From Fimbriiglobus sp. (lineage in GTDB: Bacteria > Planctomycetota > Planctomycetia > Gemmatales > Gemmataceae): a DNA stretch of 64,000 nucleotides. The position numbers and the translations under genes are program-made. The stretch lies in contig JAYSYJ010000281.1 of NCBI GenBank assembly GCA_043727675.1, positions 2,665-66,664 on the forward strand, given 5' to 3'. Position 1 is the stretch's first letter. Every line of letters starts with the position of its first letter. The notes under the pieces were generated by a model that saw only the letters and a program-made list of their open reading frames with translations, did not search any database and was not told the DNA's origin. Shown here in pieces: positions 58,421 to 64,000 of the stretch.

Positions 58421-60462
58421 ACCAGCGCGAGTGCGATGGCCTCCTTCGCCGTGGCGACCAATTTCACGTCGATGATCGCTTTCAACTCGTCGGTCAGTTC
58501 GTTCAGTACGTCGGCGTTGGCCGCGGGGATCAGCACCGTCTTACGGCCGGCCTTGGCGGCCGCGGCGATCTTGAGTGGCAACCCGCCAACGGCGCCGACT
58601 TCACCGTGCAGGGCCACCTCGCCGGTGAAGGCGAAGCCCGGCTTGATCGGCCGGTTGGTGAGGGCCGAGACCATGCCGACCAAGAACGCGAGGCCGGCCG
58701 AGGGGCCATCCTTCGCTTCGGAAATCTTGACCAAGTGCACGGCGACCGATTGCGACTTCAACCGCTGCTCGGGGATGTTGAAATCGCGGAAGTTGGCACG
58801 GATCAGATTGTACACCGCGCGCACGGAGTCCTTGAGTGTTGCACCGTGGAGACCCGTCACCTCGACCCCGCTCGACCCGTTGAGCGCCGACACTTGAATC
58901 AAGATCGTGTCGCCGCCGTACTCGCGCTCGCCCTTGGTCAGTACAGCCAAGCCGGTCACCGCGCCGACGACGGCTTCGGTATTCAAGCGATCCGCGGTCG
59001 GTGCCACGACGCGGGCTTGCAAATCGCGTGCGGTGTGAACCATCACCGACGCCGGGGCGATAAGACGCGGCTTGAATTCGCCGGGTGCTAACACGCACAG
59101 TTGCTGGTGGACGCGCTGCCGGAGTTCGCTGGCGAAGGTCACAATCTCCAAGAGTTCCGGCTCCGTCCAGAGGCCGTTCGGGTGGAGAATTTTCAACAGC
59201 CCGGACGACAACCGCTCCACGGCGGATTGATCGCGGCGGGTCAACCCGGCGTGCATCGGTACGGCGCGCACGGCATCGACGAACGTGTCTTCCCGCAACT
59301 TCACCAGTACTTCGCCGAAGTAGTCGATCACGAAGCCGACACCCGTGGCCAGCGACGCCGGGGTGATTTTGGGCACCTCCCAACCGGGGATGTACCCGTG
59401 CATGCGGTCGTGGAACGCGCTGTCGATGATCTCGTCCGGCAGCGGCTCGAAGAGGTGGTTGTATTTCGGGTGGGGCTGGTTCCCTTCCACGTCGATATTG
59501 CCCGCGAAAGCCAAACTCGCGTCGGCGGCAAAGCCGATGGAACCGCGGCTGAACTGGCCGCTTTCCATGTAGTCCTTCAGTGTCGATATGGTCTCTTCGC
59601 CGTCCCCAAAGGTGGTGTGCGCGATCTCGTCGAAGACGACCACTTTCCGGGTGCCGAGGATGCCGACTTGCTTGGTGGACAAGTTCACGAACAGGTTCGC
59701 CGGCGTCGTTTTACCACCGGAAATGGTGAAAACACGCGGCGACAAGTTCCGCAGGAGAAACGTCTTCCCGGTCTGGCGTGGCCCGAGTTCGATGATGTTC
59801 ACGTTCCGTTCGACCAGTGGCACCATCCGTGCGAACAGCAACATTTTGGTGCGGAACTCGGGGAAAGCACTCGCGGCGTACCCCGCCGATTGCAGCATCA
59901 GCCCGGCCCATTCTTCGGTGCTGAATTGGGCCCGCATCGTTCGGTACGCCGCCAAGTCGGGCGGCCCGACTTGGAACGGCGTGAAAGCGATCAACTCGTT
60001 CGGGGTGTCGGCGTCCATCTCCGGCGAGTACTTCACTTTGGCGGTACCCCACAACCCGCCGAGGAGCAGGCCGGGGTTCTCTTCGGTCAGCTTCCCACCG
60101 ACGCGAACCTTGATGTCACCGAGCGCCGGTACCCGTGCCAACCGCTGCCCGCCGCGCAGATCGATCTTCACTTCCACGGCGTCGATCAACGTCACCTCGC
60201 CGCGCGACAGGAGCTTGTCCTTCAGCAGTTCCCGGCGATCCATGTCCGGCAGGAGGTCGGCGATCTTCGCTTGGATGTTGGCGATATCGGTCTTCCACGT
60301 CTCCGGTTTGACGTACTTCGCAATCAGGTACTCCGACACATAGCGTGGCAGTCGGTTGAAGGCGGCCGACGACGCCAGCGACTTCACGACGACTTTTTCG
60401 CCGAGTAATTCGTGGGCTTTTTTGTCCAACTCGGCGAGAGGGTGCTCATCGAACAGGGCCAT
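58417..60462 (-). CDS. BrxL-family AAA+ ATPase / Lon-like protease (BREX-type BrxL homologue, orphan)
   Basis: The N-terminus LPRYVSEYLIAKYV...GEVTLIDAVEVKID...GGLWGTAKVKY is BrxL-N-like. Walker A is ELGPRQTGKT, Walker B is VVVFDEI, and KDYMESGQFSRG is present. The C-terminal Lon domain has KDGPSAGLAF (Ser) and GGLPLK (Lys) 43 residues apart. Confidence 0.85.
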   Translation of the reverse strand: MALFDEHPLAELDKKAHELLGEKVVVKSLASSAAFNRLPRYVSEYLIAKYVKPETWKTDIANIQAKIADLLPDMDRRELLKDKLLSRGEVTLIDAVEVKIDLRGGQRLARVPALGDIKVRVGGKLTEENPGLLLGGLWGTAKVKYSPEMDADTPNELIAFTPFQVGPPDLAAYRTMRAQFSTEEWAGLMLQSAGYAASAFPEFRTKMLLFARMVPLVERNVNIIELGPRQTGKTFLLRNLSPRVFTISGGKTTPANLFVNLSTKQVGILGTRKVVVFDEIAHTTFGDGEETISTLKDYMESGQFSRGSIGFAADASLAFAGNIDVEGNQPHPKYNHLFEPLPDEIIDSAFHDRMHGYIPGWEVPKITPASLATGVGFVIDYFGEVLVKLREDTFVDAVRAVPMHAGLTRRDQSAVERLSSGLLKILHPNGLWTEPELLEIVTFASELRQRVHQQLCVLAPGEFKPRLIAPASVMVHTARDLQARVVAPTADRLNTEAVVGAVTGLAVLTKGEREYGGDTILIQVSALNGSSGVEVTGLHGATLKDSVRAVYNLIRANFRDFNIPEQRLKSQSVAVHLVKISEAKDGPSAGLAFLVGMVSALTNRPIKPGFAFTGEVALHGEVGAVGGLPLKIAAAAKAGRKTVLIPAANADVLNELTDELKAIIDVKLVATAKEAIALALV

Positions 60463-60465
60463 GGT

Positions 60466-61965
60466 TCAGGCTCCAAAAACGTCGTCGAGGTCGGGGTTGT
60501 GTCGAATGTCGCTCGGCTTCGGCGGCGCGGCTGGGGGTATCAATGATTCGCCGAACGGTAGTATTAATTCTTGCGCGGCCCGGAGAATATCGGCCCGTTT
60601 CGTTTCCGCCATCCGCATGAATTCGACACCCAGCGTTGCCGCTTTCGCGGGGTCGGCCTTCTCGGTGAGCAGGGTGAACCGCCGGCGGATCAGTTCGACC
60701 GACAGCACCGCTACAGGGTCGATCTCGAGAATCTGACGCGGTGACCAGTGTTCGACGGGCTTGGTCGGTTCGGCAGGTGGGACACTCGTCGCCATGCCCA
60801 ATGCCAACGCGATTCGTTTGAGCGCATCAACTTCACGCGAGTTGCGATCCCCAGAGGCATCGGCAATGGACTCGGCGACTTTGCACAGCATCCGCCGTTC
60901 ATCGGTCGTTGTCAGCTTCATCACGGCGGCTACGGCATCGTCTTCGTCCGGGATTGCTTTTTCGATCTGTTCCATCACCGGGTCGATGAACCGCAGTAGC
61001 GTGGAATCGTGGCCGAAGCTGGAAGCGAGCAACTCGCGGACTTGGGCACGCTCCGCTTTGGCAATCTTGCCATCCACTTTGGCGACCATCCACGCGAACG
61101 CGCAGTAAGCCCGCAACTTCGGCAACTGCGGGTGCTCGGCACTCGGAGTCGCTGTCTGCGGTGGCGGTGCCGGCCGGAACAGATCGACGGCGACGGGCAC
61201 CGACGCGGGCTTCGCCGCGAGCACGGGCTCCGCCACGCGAACTTCCGGAGCCACCGGCTTCGACACGGGTACCGGGATGATCACCGGAGTTTCGATGACC
61301 AGTTCCGGAAGCGGGCGATCCATCATCTCGTTGGTCGGGCCGGGGACGTGCCCCTTGTGCAGCAGATGGTTCCAGAAGGTCACATCGCGGGCCAATTGAA
61401 GCTGCGGTTGCAGGGCCGCTATGGTGCGTTCGCAGGCGGTATTCGTTCGCGTGCGGGTTTCGCGTTCGGTTTGGTCGGCGGCGGTCATTTCGGCCCATCG
61501 TCGACGGTATTCTTGCCCTTCCGGGCTGGCTCCGGCTTCGAACTTCGCCTTGGCGTCTTTAAGAGCTTTTTCGACCGCCACGCGGACTTCCGAGGCCTTG
61601 GCCGGGCCGAAACCGGGGATTTGCATGAAATCGTAATTCATCAAGCTCGTCAGCGTCAACAAACCCGCCGACTGGAGCCGATCCGCTGTGCCGGGGCCGA
61701 TGCCCGCAAAGCCCATAATTGCCGACGAAGGCATCGCTTTCAACTGCTGATCGAGCAGGGTTTCGCCGAGCTTCAGTCCTTGGGCTTGTGTTTCCGTCGG
61801 AAAATCGGTCGGTCGAATTCGGGCCTGCAATTCCGCCAAGTGCCGCCGAACGCGGTTACGCCACAAGCCGGTCTGGGAATGGCGAAACTGCCAATAGAAG
61901 AATCCGAGTGTCACGGCGGCCGTGAGAAGGAGCAATAACAAGAATCCGACCAAAAAATTGTGCAT
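60466..61965 (-). CDS. membrane-anchored (HhH)2 + TerB-like + DjlA-type J-like domain protein
   Basis: ATG 61965 gives MHNFLVGFLLLLLLTAAVTLGFFYW, an N-terminal TM segment (alternative GTG at 62001). The HhH motifs are GIGPGTADRLQSAGL and IPGFGPAKASEV. A Pro/Val linker follows. The TerB-like region is AWMVAKVDGKIAKAERAQVRELL...LCKVAESIADASGDRNSREVDALKRIALALG. The C-terminal segment LLTEKADPAKAATLGVEFMRMAETKRADILRAAQELI aligns with the E. coli DjlA J domain. The stop lies 3 nt before the BrxL-like ATG. Confidence 0.75.
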   Translation of the reverse strand: MHNFLVGFLLLLLLTAAVTLGFFYWQFRHSQTGLWRNRVRRHLAELQARIRPTDFPTETQAQGLKLGETLLDQQLKAMPSSAIMGFAGIGPGTADRLQSAGLLTLTSLMNYDFMQIPGFGPAKASEVRVAVEKALKDAKAKFEAGASPEGQEYRRRWAEMTAADQTERETRTRTNTACERTIAALQPQLQLARDVTFWNHLLHKGHVPGPTNEMMDRPLPELVIETPVIIPVPVSKPVAPEVRVAEPVLAAKPASVPVAVDLFRPAPPPQTATPSAEHPQLPKLRAYCAFAWMVAKVDGKIAKAERAQVRELLASSFGHDSTLLRFIDPVMEQIEKAIPDEDDAVAAVMKLTTTDERRMLCKVAESIADASGDRNSREVDALKRIALALGMATSVPPAEPTKPVEHWSPRQILEIDPVAVLSVELIRRRFTLLTEKADPAKAATLGVEFMRMAETKRADILRAAQELILPFGESLIPPAAPPKPSDIRHNPDLDDVFGA

Positions 61966-62156
61966 AGAGCATCGGGCACGGAAGAATAGCGGAATCGGCA
62001 CGGTTGATTTAGGGTTCTGCCGAATTCCGGCGACGGAACTCTGCGAGGTCAGACCGCCTTTTTGAAAGCGCCACCCCTTGCGGGCATATGATGGTTAAGC
62101 GATAATGACACTGTTGACCGTCTGGTTCAGGATGAACTCCGGAGACGCCCACCACT

Positions 62157-62774
62157 ATGCGACGAATCATTCCCTCGGCCAGTAGCCGCTCGATGGCCGG
62201 TGTCATGGCCGCCGTGATGCTCGGAACTGCACTCGGCGGACAAGAAGCCTGCGCCGGTTCCAACGCACCGGCCTCGACCTTCCAAGTTGACGACCATGCT
62301 GTCCGCGATATCACCCGCTATTGCCACGTCTGTTGGCGCAATGCCCGGCTGCCGGAAGACTTGTGGGCCGACTGCACCCAACTGGTATTCACCCGATTGC
62401 TCGAAACGGTCAGCCGCGACCGCTGGACGGGGTTGCTCAAAACCGAAGACGGCGACAAACGCGAATTCCTACGGGCCATCGACGCGGTGAAAAAGCGAAC
62501 CCAGCGCGCCCGCCGATTCGTCGATCTGTCGAGCGAAGTCGCCGACAACGGCACAAGTGCTAACGGCGTTCTCGATCAGCGTGAGGAGGTCAATAAGGCG
62601 GCCGGGGAAGTGCTCAGCGAGCGCCAGCAGAAGATCATCCACCTTTCGGCCGATGGATGGGCTGTTCCGGAAATCGCAGTCGAACTGGGCACCACCACCC
62701 AACGCATCAGCGACGAGAAGTACAAGGCGATCCGCAAACTCCGCGAAAAATTGGGCGTGGATGCGGGGGCGTAA
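62157..62774 (+). CDS. sigma-70 family (ECF-like) RNA polymerase sigma factor
   Basis: The region-2-like segment is LWADCTQLVFTRLLETVSRDRW. The region-4 HTH is LSERQQKIIHLSADGWAVPEIAVELGTTTQRISDEKYKAIRKLREKL. The N-terminal ~45 aa are atypical, so the start is uncertain. Confidence 0.65.
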   Translation: MRRIIPSASSRSMAGVMAAVMLGTALGGQEACAGSNAPASTFQVDDHAVRDITRYCHVCWRNARLPEDLWADCTQLVFTRLLETVSRDRWTGLLKTEDGDKREFLRAIDAVKKRTQRARRFVDLSSEVADNGTSANGVLDQREEVNKAAGEVLSERQQKIIHLSADGWAVPEIAVELGTTTQRISDEKYKAIRKLREKLGVDAGA

Positions 62775-62778
62775 AACA

Positions 62779-62988
62779 ATGACCATTTCACCCGGTCGGT
62801 ATCGACACTACAAAGGCAACGAGTACGAGGTAATCGGCACGGCCCATCACAGTGAAACTCAAGAGCTTTTCGTCGTCTACCGCGCCCTTTACGGCGACTC
62901 GGGATTGTGGATCCGCCCGGCGGCCATGTTCGCCGAAACCGTGGAACACAACGGGGTGACGGTGCCACGCTTTGGGTTACTTTCGTAA
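62779..62988 (+). CDS. DUF1653 domain protein
   Basis: MTISPGRYRHYKGNEYEVIGTAHHSETQELFVVYRALYGDSGLWIRP carries the DUF1653 hallmark YRHYKG..Y.V...A.HSET.E..VVY. The track ORF (62557) overlaps the sigma gene, so I use ATG 62779. Confidence 0.75.
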   Translation: MTISPGRYRHYKGNEYEVIGTAHHSETQELFVVYRALYGDSGLWIRPAAMFAETVEHNGVTVPRFGLLS

Positions 62989-63080
62989 GTTAATCAGTTG
63001 GAAACTTGTTGCCCCATCCAACGATGGAATGGGCGAAGTTCCCGCCCTGATTCCCCTTGACCCCGTTCTCGGTCGACCGT

Positions 63081-63962
63081 ATGCCTGTGCCGCTGGTCGT
63101 TGGCCACGTCCCCGTTTTACCCGCGGAGACGCTGCGCCTGCTGAACCCACTCCCGGGTGAAACTTGGGTCGATTGCACCACCGGCGGCGGTGGACACGCC
63201 CGGATGATCGCCGAGAAACTCGGCCCCAGCGGTCGATTGTTCGCCCTCGATCAAGACCGCACAATGCTGGCCCTCGCGGCACCGAAATTGGCCGATTTGC
63301 CGGTGACGCTGATCCCGGCGAACTTCGACCAACTGGCCGACGTGCTGCAAAATTTGGGTGTGGCGAAGGTCGATGGGGTCTTCGCCGACCTCGGCTTCAG
63401 TTCGGATCAACTGAACGACGCCGATCGTGGCTTGAGCTTTAAGAACAATGGCCCGCTCGACATGCGGCTCGACGGACAAACCGGAGCCACGGCGGCCGAC
63501 CTCGTGAATACCCTGAGCGAAGGTGGCTTGGCCGACATCATTTACGAGTTCGGCGAAGACCGGTTAAGCCGGCGAATCGCGAGACGGATTGTCGAACGGC
63601 GCGAAGCCAAACCGTTCGAAACTACCGAAGAATTGGCGAACGCGGTGCGCAGTTGCGTGCCCCGCAGTGGTGGCATCGACCCGGCAACGCGGACGTTCCA
63701 AGCCCTGCGGATTGCGGTGAACGACGAACTCGGAGCACTCGACCGCTTGCTGGCCCTCTTGCCGAAAGTCGTACGGGCGGGTGGTCGGATCGGAATCATC
63801 AGCTTCCATTCGCTGGAAGATCGGCGGGTGAAACAGGCTCTCCGGGGGTCGCCGCACTGGGAGAGCTTGACGAAGAAGCCCGTCGAAGCGGGCGACGACG
63901 AACAGGCCCGGAACTCGCGTGCTCGGAGCGCGAAGTTGCGGGTGGCGAAACGGTTGGGTTAA
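63081..63962 (+). CDS. rsmH: 16S rRNA (cytosine1402-N4)-methyltransferase RsmH (MraW)
   Basis: Motifs are HVPVLPAETL, DCTTGGGGHA, DLGFSSDQL, LDMRLD, TFQALRIAVNDEL, ISFHSLEDRRVK and NSRARSAKLRVA. The track start at 63057 is TTG, so I use ATG 63081. Confidence 0.92.
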   Translation: MPVPLVVGHVPVLPAETLRLLNPLPGETWVDCTTGGGGHARMIAEKLGPSGRLFALDQDRTMLALAAPKLADLPVTLIPANFDQLADVLQNLGVAKVDGVFADLGFSSDQLNDADRGLSFKNNGPLDMRLDGQTGATAADLVNTLSEGGLADIIYEFGEDRLSRRIARRIVERREAKPFETTEELANAVRSCVPRSGGIDPATRTFQALRIAVNDELGALDRLLALLPKVVRAGGRIGIISFHSLEDRRVKQALRGSPHWESLTKKPVEAGDDEQARNSRARSAKLRVAKRLG

Positions 63963-64000
63963 CGCAACGCAGGAGTTCAAGGATGACCGAAACCAGCAAG

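Noticed and set aside
60466-60510. HNPD in the extreme C-terminus (...DIRHNPDLDDVFGA) as a displaced HPD motif.
   Set aside because: It lies outside the helical J-like segment in a Pro-rich tail and is HNPD rather than HPD. This is most likely coincidental.
56468-62001. Whether this locus is a complete BREX (or classical Shango) system.
   Set aside because: Only the BrxL-like gene is BREX-related. No PglX methyltransferase, PglZ, BrxC, BrxA or BrxB occurs within the 64 kb. I can only claim an architectural analogy to Shango, not membership, because the parts are different families and I cannot run the models.
63983-64000. ATG at 63983 (MTETSK...) starting a gene after rsmH.
   Set aside because: Only six codons are visible before the window ends, so it cannot be supported or named.

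Overview
High-GC chromosomal segment whose gene content looks like Planctomycetota, probably Gemmataceae-like (taxon is an inference). The supporting content is a DUF1549/DUF1553 protein, FG-GAP and ASPIC/UnbV proteins, Ser/Thr kinases fused to WD40 or FGE-like domains, many TPR proteins and a giant secretin. I support about 45 protein-coding genes. I recognised no rRNA, tRNA, CRISPR array, transposase or integrase. Housekeeping anchors are katG (partial) with divergent oxyR, hldD, a family-4 uracil-DNA glycosylase, a lipoate-ligase-like gene, carB, apgM, an ABC-F ATPase, iscX, an acyl-CoA thioesterase and rsmH. The supplied ORF track evidently translates TTG/GTG as M and often over-extends N-termini into upstream genes, so I re-assigned many starts to in-frame ATG/GTG codons that give signal peptides or ATGA overlaps. 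Three loci stand out. (1) 56.2-62.0 kb, minus strand, is the best candidate for an undescribed system. It is a tightly coupled operon of a membrane-anchored (HhH)2 + TerB + DjlA-type J-like protein with its HPD motif replaced, then an orphan BrxL-type AAA+/Lon protein with an intact Ser-Lys dyad, then an IGHMBP2/Upf1-like SF1 helicase, then two coupled mini-ORFs (60 aa, and a 33-aa single-TM peptide). No other BREX gene is present anywhere in the window. (2) 11.5-18.6 kb is a Tat-exported hydrolase, two TPR proteins and an exosortase-EpsI fusion in one coupled operon, with no visible PEP-CTERM substrate. (3) 41.9-49.9 kb is a roughly 1,994-aa secretin with at least 12 N-domain repeats and Gly/Phe-rich tracts. 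It is flanked by a periplasmic STN-like protein and a lipoprotein and has no T2SS or type IV pilus partners nearby. All family assignments come from motif recognition by eye and need HMM confirmation.
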